This document shows, piece by piece, positions 1-8,683 of a stretch of 64,000 bases of DNA (positions are counted from its first letter, which is position 1; the number at the start of each line of letters is the position of its first letter). Source of the DNA: Blastocatellia bacterium (GTDB lineage: Bacteria > Acidobacteriota > Blastocatellia > UBA7656); contig CAVXWP010000007.1 in the NCBI GenBank assembly GCA_963765495.1, positions 320,001-384,000 of the forward strand. The letters are read 5' to 3'. The translations under genes were made by a program, and so were the position numbers. The notes beneath the pieces are model-generated. The model was not told the origin of the DNA, searched no databases, and saw nothing but the letters and a program-made list of their open reading frames with translations.

Positions 1-1099
1 CCTCCGTAAGCCCCACGCTTCCAACCTCGGGCGCGCAATAGGTGCAATTCGGAACGCGATCATAGTTGACCGGGCGCGCATCCTTTCCGGCTATGGTCTC
101 GACGGCGACTATGCCTTCGGCCGAAGCCACGTGCGCGAGCCACGGAGTCGGAACCACATCGCCTATAGCGTAAACATTCGGCGCGGATGTGCGCATGTAC
201 TCGTCTACTTTGATGTAGCCGCGCTCCATCTCTACGTTTATATTATCGAGGCCGAGGCCGTCAGTGTAAGCGCGGCGACCCACGGCGACGAGCAGCTTTT
301 CGGCTGTAAACTCACGGTCCTGATCCCCAACGCGAGCGGTCACGCGCACGAGACCATCGGCTACAGTCGCCGATTGAAAGTTTGCGCCCGTAAATGATTT
401 GATGCCCTGTTTCTTGAACGATTTTGCAAGCTCCGCGCTTATATCTTCATCTTCGATGGGAAGCAACCGGGGCAGTAATTCCAGAATCGTCACGTCGCTT
501 CCGAAGCGGGAGTACATCGAAGCAAACTCGACGCCGACCGCGCCCGCGCCCAATACGATCATTGATTTCGGAATGTCGGTCAGTTCAAGGACTTCGTCGC
601 TTGTGATGACGTGCTGCCCGTCTATGTCGAGGTTGGGAAGCGAACGGGGCACCGAGCCTGTTGCGATGAGTATGTTTTTCGCTTCGATCTGTGTGGTTGA
701 GCCGTCGTCTGCCGTCGCCGTGATCCGACCCGGGCCGTCAATGTGGCCTGTTCCTTTGAAGACCTTGACGTTGTTTTTCTTCATAAGGAACTCGACGCCT
801 TTGGCCAGTTTCAACACGACTTTGTTCTTGCGTTTCTGCGCCTGCTCGAAATCGAGCGACACGCCTTCGGCGACTATGCCGATCTCTTTCGAGTGCTTGA
901 ACTCTTCGTAAACATCGGCCGTGTGCAGAAGGGCTTTTGTCGGAATACAGCCCCGCAAGAGGCAGGTGCCGCCGAGGTTTTTGTCTTTTTCAATTATCGC
1001 GGTTCGCAGGCCCAACTGCCCGGCCCGAACTGCGGCAACATATCCGCCAGGCCCGCTGCCGATTATCACTACGTCAAACGATTCATTATTGGAACTCAA
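1..1099 (-). CDS. lpdA: Dihydrolipoyl dehydrogenase (3' end runs off the window)
   Basis: Manual minus-strand translation: TTG start after AAGGAGG, MSSNNESFDVVIIGSGPGGYVAA (FAD-binding), GGTCLLRGCIPTK (redox CxxxxC), YAIGDVV..LAHVASAEG. Absent from the ORF track because no stop lies inside the window. Confidence 0.92.
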   Translation of the reverse strand, partial: MSSNNESFDVVIIGSGPGGYVAAVRAGQLGLRTAIIEKDKNLGGTCLLRGCIPTKALLHTADVYEEFKHSKEIGIVAEGVSLDFEQAQKRKNKVVLKLAKGVEFLMKKNNVKVFKGTGHIDGPGRITATADDGSTTQIEAKNILIATGSVPRSLPNLDIDGQHVITSDEVLELTDIPKSMIVLGAGAVGVEFASMYSRFGSDVTILELLPRLLPIEDEDISAELAKSFKKQGIKSFTGANFQSATVADGLVRVTARVGDQDREFTAEKLLVAVGRRAYTDGLGLDNINVEMERGYIKVDEYMRTSAPNVYAIGDVVPTPWLAHVASAEGIVAVETIAGKDARPVNYDRVPNCTYCAPEVGSVGLTE

Positions 1100-1131
1100 T
1101 TTAAGCTCTGGCCTCCTTAAGTATCGAGCGG

Positions 1132-1446
1132 CTAATCCAGCGCCACTTTCACTTCATCGCCTTCGACCTGAACGTCGAATTTCTGGACTTTGGCCGAAGC
1201 GTTTACCGGCGAGACGCCGTTTGTCAGGCTGTAGACCCAGCCGTGCCAGGGGCATTGGACGGTCATATTATTCTGATCTACATAGCCCTCGCCGAGCGGC
1301 CCGCCCCGGTGAACGCAGGTGTTGTCGAGAGCAAAAAACTCACCCCCCACGTTGAACAGCGCTATCGTACGGCCGTTGACTTCAACTACTCTGCCCTCGC
1401 CCGGCGGCAGATCGGATTTATTTATTACCTTGACGAACTCTGCCAT
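1132..1446 (-). CDS. Rieske [2Fe-2S] ferredoxin (NirD/dioxygenase ferredoxin-like)
   Basis: CVHRGGPL and CPWHGW Rieske motifs; GGAGG RBS. Confidence 0.9.
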   Translation of the reverse strand: MAEFVKVINKSDLPPGEGRVVEVNGRTIALFNVGGEFFALDNTCVHRGGPLGEGYVDQNNMTVQCPWHGWVYSLTNGVSPVNASAKVQKFDVQVEGDEVKVALD

Positions 1447-1649
1447 CTCAAACCTCCCAATTAAATAATAGTCCGGCTCGCACAGTCGGGCAAATGCGCC
1501 CCTGAGCGACTGATCATCTTAACAACTCGAATGTGGAGGTTCAAGCTGGAATGCCTGAACGCGCGGCTATCGGTTGAATCGGGCGGCCGTTTCTGGTTTA
1601 GTTTGTCGATGGTTTGAGCAATAAATCCCCTCTGAAATGAGAGGCTGTT

Positions 1650-2849
1650 ATGAAAAAAGGCCGGTTATGTTTCCTTCTGATGTTCTTCATTCTATCTGTA
1701 GCTTCAACGGTAAGGCCCCAGATCGTGGCGCATCGCGGAGCAAGCGGGTACGCGCCTGAGCATACGCTTGCCGCATACGAGATGGCCGTTGAGCAGGGAG
1801 CCGATTTTGTAGAGCAGGACCTTCAGGTGACAAAGGACGGCGTACTCGTATGCCTTCACGATGCCGACCTGGCACGCACTACAAATGTAGCCGAAGTCTT
1901 TCCAGATCGCGCAAGCTCACGCGACCCGGAAGGCGCGGGCACTGCCCGGCGCGGCTGGTACACCATAGATTTCACCCTTGCTGAAATCAAAAGACTCGAC
2001 GCCGGTTCGTGGTTCAATCGCGCCAACCCGTTTGCCGCAAGCGAGGCTTACGCCGGACAGCGAGTGCCTACTTTGCAGGAGACCATCAAGACCGTAGGCG
2101 CGCGCGCGGGGCTTTACATCGAATTGAAGCACTACGATTTTTACAAGGCGCAAGGGTTTGACGTGGCCGAAAAACTTGCCGCCATCCTCAAAGCAAACGG
2201 ATACGATAAACCGCCGAAGCGCGCGCGGATATTGATTCAGTCTTTTTCAAAAGAGAGCCTGCTTAAAATGAGAAGAGTAGCGCCGTCGTATTCGAGGATT
2301 CAATTGCTGCCAATGGAAGACGCCGGACGCAACGAAGACTCTGCGAAGGTGACTCCCGAACTTGCAAAAGAGATAGCCCTGTATGCGAAAGGGGCAGGCC
2401 CGAGCAAGAAGATGATAACGAGCGCCGCAGACGTAGCCGTATTTCACGCCGCACACTTGCTCGTTCATCCATACACATTTCGAGGTATGACTTTTCCCGT
2501 AGCGCGCCGTCCCCTGGAAGAAAAACAACCCGATGGCGAAACCGTCCGAGAGGGTATCATCGCCGAGATTCGTCGCTTTCTCGATTACGGCATAGATGGT
2601 GGATTTACGGATTATCCCAACCTCTGGAAAGAGGCCGCCCGCGCACAACCTCGAGAAAAAGTAGCGCGCCTCACTCGGGGTGTATTCAAAAAGCAGACCC
2701 ATTATGGGAAAACATTTCTCATAATTCTCAGGAAAATCTTTGCGTACTTCGCGCCTTTGCGAGAAATAGATTCACACCGAGGCGCAAAGACGCAAAGTAT
2801 TTTCATAGAGCAATCAGTGACTTCCTACGATCTCGGCAGGTCAATCTGA
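1650..2849 (+). CDS. Glycerophosphodiester phosphodiesterase (secreted); C-terminal tail reads through a repeat
   Basis: Signal peptide, AHRGASGYAPEHT, EQDLQVTKDG..CLHD, IELK, GIDGGFTDYP. Confidence 0.9.
   Translation: MKKGRLCFLLMFFILSVASTVRPQIVAHRGASGYAPEHTLAAYEMAVEQGADFVEQDLQVTKDGVLVCLHDADLARTTNVAEVFPDRASSRDPEGAGTARRGWYTIDFTLAEIKRLDAGSWFNRANPFAASEAYAGQRVPTLQETIKTVGARAGLYIELKHYDFYKAQGFDVAEKLAAILKANGYDKPPKRARILIQSFSKESLLKMRRVAPSYSRIQLLPMEDAGRNEDSAKVTPELAKEIALYAKGAGPSKKMITSAADVAVFHAAHLLVHPYTFRGMTFPVARRPLEEKQPDGETVREGIIAEIRRFLDYGIDGGFTDYPNLWKEAARAQPREKVARLTRGVFKKQTHYGKTFLIILRKIFAYFAPLREIDSHRGAKTQSIFIEQSVTSYDLGRSI
2734..2802. repeat. Inverted repeat with CTTTGCG/CGCAAAG tandem units
   Basis: ctttgcgtacttcgcgcctttgcg ... 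ggcgcaaagacgcaaag. Confidence 0.7.
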
Positions 2850-2867
2850 GAATTACATGGCCCTGAT

Positions 2868-3335
2868 TCAAGCATTCTTTTTGTGGTGCAAAAGGGGTGT
2901 CTTGCTTGTCAGTTGCCTGACTTTATGCTGGTTAATGGCCTCAAGGGAATCGAGTATGATTTTACGTTCTTCGGGCAAGAGTTTGACGATTTCTTCCAGT
3001 ATTCTTATCAGATCAGGGCTTTCCGCAATTGTCAGGACCATTTCCAGAAAAGGCAGGATTTGCAGGCCATTCGCCGTGTGCTGTTCGTCGACGTCTTGCC
3101 TGAAAGGGCGGCTTGCTATGTCGAAAATCTCGTGCATGTCCACTCCAAGCCCGACTGCAAGAGCCGCGATCTTTTCGACCGAAGGGTTCCTTGCCGCCCC
3201 GCTCAGTATGTCTGCTACATAGCCATCGGTTATCTTGCCTCCTGAGCGCAACTCCACCTCGCGCTGAGTCAATCCCCGCCCCCTCATCTTTGCTCTGACA
3301 TACCGGCTCAATGCTCCCTTGCCTATGCTCTCCAT
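2868..3335 (-). CDS. XRE-family helix-turn-helix transcriptional regulator
   Basis: RGLTQREVELRSGGKITDGYVADILSG..NPSVEKIAALAVGLGV; start placed at MESIG behind a GGAGG RBS. Confidence 0.8.
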   Translation of the reverse strand: MESIGKGALSRYVRAKMRGRGLTQREVELRSGGKITDGYVADILSGAARNPSVEKIAALAVGLGVDMHEIFDIASRPFRQDVDEQHTANGLQILPFLEMVLTIAESPDLIRILEEIVKLLPEERKIILDSLEAINQHKVRQLTSKTPLLHHKKNA

Positions 3336-3645
3336 GCTTCGCCCTCCACTGGTTTGCCCGATATTATCCGATAATTCCGAAATAACGGTTGACATCTCTG
3401 AGAAAAGACAAATAAAATTGCCCTGGCCCTGATTGGAAAGAAAGCCGTCGCAAAGAAAGTTATTTGTACCACAACGGCGAAGGTTGCTCAAGTAAGAGCA
3501 TGGCAATAATAGATATTTGAGATAACTGGATTAGCGGCTGGAGAGGGGCGTTTTACAGGGAGGTTTAACACCTGGGGAAACCTTGCCTGGTTGCGTGCCC
3601 TCTCATTTTTTTCTAATCCGGTCTCAGGCTCTCTTTTGAGACTGA

Positions 3646-6009
3646 CTACATATCTACATCATCTCTAATATTGCCCCAGAAATACTGCGTCTCATCGGCG
3701 TCCCAGGGTCTCATCACCGTCAATATATCGATATAGCGACCCAGCAGTTTTTTCATCTCCGCGCTCTTTTCGGGCATGTAGTCATAAAGGTTATGCAACT
3801 CTCCGGGGTCGGCCTTTAGATTGAACAGTTCAAAGCAGTAGTAGTTGCGGTTGTATATCAGCTTATATCCATCTTGCGTTATGACCATGTATTTTTTGGT
3901 CTCAGGGTTCACATTCTGTTCCGGCTTGACATAGGGTGATGCCTGTTTCATGGTCTGCTCGCCGTAGATGGGCGGATGAGTGAAAGCCTCGCCGCGCATG
4001 AGCGGGAGCACGCTTACACCGTGCCATTCCTTTGGAGGCTCGATGCCGACTATATTCAACATGGTCGGACCCAGATCAATCGTGCTTACATAGTCGGGGA
4101 TGCGACGCGGGGCGAGGTCGGGCACATAGATAATCATAGGCACGTGAGCCTGTTCGTTATAAAGCTGTGACGAGTGTTTGTAGACCCCGCGTTCGCCGAG
4201 CGATTCGCCGTGATCGGCCATCATGACTATCACGGTATCCTTCATCCTGCCGGTCTGCTCCATCCAATCAAACAGACGTCCGAACTGTGCGTCGGTATAG
4301 GCTATTTCGCCGTCGTAGAGGTCTGCAAGCCCGGGGCCGAAATTGAAGTCCTCGTGTTTCAGGTACTCGCGGTGCGGGTCGGTCGCGTAGAGGTAGGCGC
4401 AGAACGGACGGTCTGACGGTGTCTTGCTAAACTCTTCGAGCGCCACGTCTATCGTGTCCTTCAATCGCCTGGACCGCTTGTGATTGACCACCCTCATGCC
4501 TTTTATGTGTCTGAGCATAGTAGGAAGACGGCGAGGAAACAGAAACGCGTTGTAGTCGTTATCGGCAAAGACCTGACTCCACGACTTAAAATGGCCGTCC
4601 CAGTAAGAGGACTCCATGAATTTCGGAAGCGCCTCGAAAGTATTCGGCGCGGGTGTGTAGGCATTCTCGAAGACCGAAGACCGGGCCCCGAGCTTATCGA
4701 AATTCGGGCTCGTGTTGCGATTATACCCGTAAAGGCCGAGATGGTCTGCCCGCAGCGCGTCTATGAATATGTAGATCACATTCAGCCGCTTCGCCTGTGG
4801 ATTGGCCGCCACGTGCAGCGAATTATGTTCATTTTGCCAGTCTTCGATGCCGGCTTTTGTCAGATCGCCTCCGATCAGATTGTTATCAATGTTGTCGCCT
4901 ACAATGTCCGGCTGGCCGGGATTTATGTCGGCTCGCGTGTCGTCGCTATCGCCTCCGCCAAGATACGGTGAATAACCGTCGCGGTCTCTGTCGAGCGCCC
5001 ATGCGATCAACTTGAAGTATTGTTTCGTCTGCGATGTCCGGTAAAAAAGCTGGGTCTTGAGGTTTTGATTGCTGTCGAATCGAGCAAATGTAAATGCGAC
5101 CGACGCCAGGAAAATAATCGCCACGGCTGCCCCAATCGTTTTTCTCAAGGGAGCCTTAAGCGACGGCCATAGCGATCTGATGCGGGGCGATGACAGATAC
5201 AGCGTGCTTATCAGCGCGATGGCGGCTGTGATATTTGTGATGAACATCGAGCGGTGCAGTGAATTGTCGTAAAGCTGAATCTCTATCCGCGAGTTTACAT
5301 AGTAGGCCGCGCCGATCACCAGCGCGAGCGCAAACGACCATGCGGCGACCAGCGACCGGCTCATTGATTTTGAAGCGCGACTGATCATCCAGATGAGCGA
5401 GCATACGATTATCAACCCCATCAGTATCAGATAGGAAGAGGCCCTTTCGTGATTGAGCAGGGGCTGGTTCAGGAATGAGATTTTCTCGGCCTCCCTGATG
5501 AGGCTGATCATATATCTGTTGACGGAAGGTTGCTGGTTCAAGAGAAACGCCGCAACTGCTGCGACCCCGACTCCGGCAATCAGTTTGTGCGCGAGTCGCG
5601 CCTCGCCGCCAAAGGCCAGCAGTCTCTGGCCGGTTCTCTTGAGCAGCGAAGCCGCGTGGGCAAATAAGCCTACAAACAGCCCGATCAACAGACCGTCGAG
5701 CAGGTTTATGCTCATGTAGGCTGAAAACCGCACCCTTTCGGAAAACGATTCAAAGACGGGCGTCAGTTTAATATTTACATCAATCCATTCGATCAATGTA
5801 ATTAAAAAGACGGCAGCCGCGCCAACGAGCGCGTACCTGACGAGCGAAACTGCCATCGAATCTCTTTGTTCCGGTTTCTGCGTTTCGATCTCCGGGTTGG
5901 CTGTACGAATGGAGGTTGCTTTAGAGACTGCCTGAGAATTGGACACCTGTAATACCCCTGTAAACAAAATCAAATGAATATAGTAATGAGGCCCTTTCGG
6001 CGATGTCAA
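3646..6009 (-). CDS. Multi-TM sulfatase-like/LtaS-type membrane enzyme, paralog 1 (start may be 5856)
   Basis: About 7 hydrophobic segments, DRDRDGY..GDSDD..INPG..DNIDNN metal-binding loop, NVIYIFIDALRADHLG, ADHGESLGE, H..QLYNEQAHVP. Confidence 0.85.
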   Translation of the reverse strand: MTSPKGPHYYIHLILFTGVLQVSNSQAVSKATSIRTANPEIETQKPEQRDSMAVSLVRYALVGAAAVFLITLIEWIDVNIKLTPVFESFSERVRFSAYMSINLLDGLLIGLFVGLFAHAASLLKRTGQRLLAFGGEARLAHKLIAGVGVAAVAAFLLNQQPSVNRYMISLIREAEKISFLNQPLLNHERASSYLILMGLIIVCSLIWMISRASKSMSRSLVAAWSFALALVIGAAYYVNSRIEIQLYDNSLHRSMFITNITAAIALISTLYLSSPRIRSLWPSLKAPLRKTIGAAVAIIFLASVAFTFARFDSNQNLKTQLFYRTSQTKQYFKLIAWALDRDRDGYSPYLGGGDSDDTRADINPGQPDIVGDNIDNNLIGGDLTKAGIEDWQNEHNSLHVAANPQAKRLNVIYIFIDALRADHLGLYGYNRNTSPNFDKLGARSSVFENAYTPAPNTFEALPKFMESSYWDGHFKSWSQVFADNDYNAFLFPRRLPTMLRHIKGMRVVNHKRSRRLKDTIDVALEEFSKTPSDRPFCAYLYATDPHREYLKHEDFNFGPGLADLYDGEIAYTDAQFGRLFDWMEQTGRMKDTVIVMMADHGESLGERGVYKHSSQLYNEQAHVPMIIYVPDLAPRRIPDYVSTIDLGPTMLNIVGIEPPKEWHGVSVLPLMRGEAFTHPPIYGEQTMKQASPYVKPEQNVNPETKKYMVITQDGYKLIYNRNYYCFELFNLKADPGELHNLYDYMPEKSAEMKKLLGRYIDILTVMRPWDADETQYFWGNIRDDVDM

Positions 6010-6107
6010 ACAACACAGCCGAAAGCGTGGAGCGGCCCTGTCTGTTTAATTCCTGTGATCTTGGCAGGTCAATCTGCGAACTGAATGGACCTGCCTGATC
6101 GCGCCTG

Positions 6108-8396
6108 TCACTCTTCAATCTCTTTAACCGACGGACCATCGAGCGAGTATTTTCTCTCGTGCGTGTCGGGCGGGCGGCTCACTGAAACTATGTCAATGAA
6201 ACGGCCTAATTGATGGTTCAGACTTTCAGCCTTTTCTGGCATACGGTCGTAGAGGTTTCTCAGCTCTTGCGGGTCAGACTTCAGATCGTACAACTCGAAA
6301 CTGTGAGGGTCGCGGTTGTATATCAGCTTATATCCGTCCTGCGCGATGATCATGTACTTTCTGGTTTCAGGGTCGAGTATTTCGTCCTGTTCCACAAACG
6401 GAGAATCGCTCAAATGCACGTGTTCGCCGTAAACCGGAGGCAGGTTGACAGGCTCGCCGCGCATCAAAGGCAGCAGGCTTATTCCGGCGTACCCTTCGGG
6501 GCAATTGAGGCCAACCGCGCTCAGGATAGTAGAGCCCAGATCAATCGTGCTGACGTAATCGGGAATTCGCCGGGGCGCAAGATGAGGCACATAAAATATC
6601 ATAGGCACTTTCATCTGCTCGTTATAAACCTGCGACGTGTGCTTATAGACGCCGCGCTCGCCGAGCGATTCGCCGTGATCGGCCATAAGGATTATCATCG
6701 TGTTATCGAGGCGGCCTGTCTCTTCGAGCCAGTCGAAGAGCCTGCCGTAGTGATAGTCGCTATAGGCGATCTCGCCGTCATAGAGATCGGCGGGCGACGA
6801 GCCGAAATTATAATCCTCGTATCTCTTATACGGCATATGCGGCTCGGAAGAGTAAATATAAGCGCAGAAGGGGCGGTCCTGTGGAAGTTCGCCGATCAGC
6901 TTTATCGCATCGTCAATGGTCTTTTTTACGGTTCTGGTCTTCTCTTGCACTCGCATGTGAGCGGCGTTTATGCGGCGAGGAATAGTCTCGATGCGGCGGC
7001 CGGGAAACAGTATCGTGTCGTATCCGTTCTGGTAAAGCACTTCCGGCCAGGGATCGAGATGCGCGTCCCAGTAAGACGATTGCATGAATTTTGGAACCGC
7101 TTCGAAAGTAGAGGGCGAGGGCGTAAACCCGTTTTCAAAGACAAAGGATCGCGCCGCGAGTTTGTCTATGTTTGGAGTGATATTTCTTGAATAACCATAT
7201 GCGCCGAGGTGGCTCGCCCGCAGGGTATCTATGAATATGTAGATCACATTGTATGGCTTTGCCGATAACGTTGCGGGCGCGTGAAGAGATCGTCTTTCGC
7301 GTTTCCACTCTTCGAGAGACTCTTCGCTCAAATCGCCGCCTATCAGGTTGTTATCGATGTTGTCGCCTATAATTTCAACCTGGCCGGGATTTACGTCGGC
7401 TCGCGTATCGTCGCTATCGCCTCCGCCAAGATATGGTGAATAGCCGTCGCGGTCTCTGTCGAGCGCCCACTGTATCAACTTGAAGTATTGTTTCATCCCC
7501 GTGGAGCGGTAAAAGACCTGAGTCTTCAGGTTTTGATTTCTGTCGAATCGGGCAAAGGTAAATCCGGCAAGGGCTATCAACACAAGTATCGCAAGCGCGA
7601 GAATTATTTTTCTGCGAGCAGGCTGCAAAGATAGCGGACGAGCGTAAGAAATAAAGAGAGAGCCGACCAGCGCCATCGCAAGCGTCAGACCCGTCAGAAA
7701 CATCAAGCGGTGTAGCGAATACTCATACTGCTGCACCTCTATCCGCGAGTCTATGTAATAGGTGGCTGCGATTACGAGTGTAAGACCGGCAAGCCACACC
7801 TTTTTCATCAGAGACGACATTCGTCCCGACCTCATCGTAAGCGTATAAAGCACCGCGCAGGCAAAGAACCCTCCCGCAAGCGAAAGGTAAACGGCGGGCC
7901 CTTCCACTTTATAGAGCACATCGCCAAATCGTATCTTTCCTGCCTCTCTGACAAGGCTCAGGGCGAAACGATAGACAGGCCGTACGGGGTAGAGCAGGGC
8001 GGCAGCCGCGAGCGAGAGCGCAACCAGAGCTATCGGCCTGTGCAGCATTCGCGTATTGCCTCCTCTTGCCAGTGCTTTTTCGACGAATCTGTAAAGGAAC
8101 CCGCCCGTATAGGCTACCAGCCCTACAAGCAGTCCGATCATAGCGCCGACCAGAAGGTTCAGGCTGCAATAGGTCAGAAGAACCAGCCTGTCTGAGGAGG
8201 AAGAGAATACCGGCGAAAGCTGAATATTCAAATCGACCTGCTCCACAAGACTGAAAAGCAGGGCGGCTCCCAACCCCACGAGCACATGAGTTGCCAATGT
8301 GGCTGCGAGTGAAGCCGGGTGTCTTTGAGGTCTGGCTGAGTCGGATTTCTCGGTCAGGTCTTTTAAGGGTGCTATTGAATCTCCAACGGCGGACAC
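6108..8396 (-). CDS. Multi-TM sulfatase-like/LtaS-type membrane enzyme, paralog 2
   Basis: Same architecture as 3646-6009; NVIYIFIDTLRASHLG, ADHGESLGERGVYKH. Confidence 0.85.
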   Translation of the reverse strand: MSAVGDSIAPLKDLTEKSDSARPQRHPASLAATLATHVLVGLGAALLFSLVEQVDLNIQLSPVFSSSSDRLVLLTYCSLNLLVGAMIGLLVGLVAYTGGFLYRFVEKALARGGNTRMLHRPIALVALSLAAAALLYPVRPVYRFALSLVREAGKIRFGDVLYKVEGPAVYLSLAGGFFACAVLYTLTMRSGRMSSLMKKVWLAGLTLVIAATYYIDSRIEVQQYEYSLHRLMFLTGLTLAMALVGSLFISYARPLSLQPARRKIILALAILVLIALAGFTFARFDRNQNLKTQVFYRSTGMKQYFKLIQWALDRDRDGYSPYLGGGDSDDTRADVNPGQVEIIGDNIDNNLIGGDLSEESLEEWKRERRSLHAPATLSAKPYNVIYIFIDTLRASHLGAYGYSRNITPNIDKLAARSFVFENGFTPSPSTFEAVPKFMQSSYWDAHLDPWPEVLYQNGYDTILFPGRRIETIPRRINAAHMRVQEKTRTVKKTIDDAIKLIGELPQDRPFCAYIYSSEPHMPYKRYEDYNFGSSPADLYDGEIAYSDYHYGRLFDWLEETGRLDNTMIILMADHGESLGERGVYKHTSQVYNEQMKVPMIFYVPHLAPRRIPDYVSTIDLGSTILSAVGLNCPEGYAGISLLPLMRGEPVNLPPVYGEHVHLSDSPFVEQDEILDPETRKYMIIAQDGYKLIYNRDPHSFELYDLKSDPQELRNLYDRMPEKAESLNHQLGRFIDIVSVSRPPDTHERKYSLDGPSVKEIEE

Positions 8397-8485
8397 TTAC
8401 TCTCCTTACCCAATCACTAAATTTGGGAGACTGATGAGAGAAGAAAATATAAGTCATAACTTTCATCGGAGTCAAACAGGCTGGT

Positions 8486-8531
8486 CATATCAGAAGTCGG
8501 CATCCTGCGCAGGATGCCGACTTCTGATATG
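8486..8531. repeat. Perfect 46-bp palindrome with no loop
   Basis: catatcagaagtcggcatcctgc|gcaggatgccgacttctgatatg. Confidence 0.95.
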
Positions 8532-8604
8532 GCAGGATTTACAGGATTTAGAGAGATTGAGAAAAATCTTGTTTAATTTCTTCAAAATCCTGCAAATCCT
8601 GTCA
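8532..8604. repeat. Hairpin with 9-nt units (CAGGATTTA / AAATCCTG)
   Basis: gcaggatttacaggattt ... aaatcctgcaaatcctgtc. Confidence 0.75.
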
Positions 8605-8683
8605 AAAATCCGGGTGTGGTTGAAGAAAATCCGGGCTGCAAGTATATTCATGAGTCGGTTTGACCGGAGAAGTATAAGCGATT

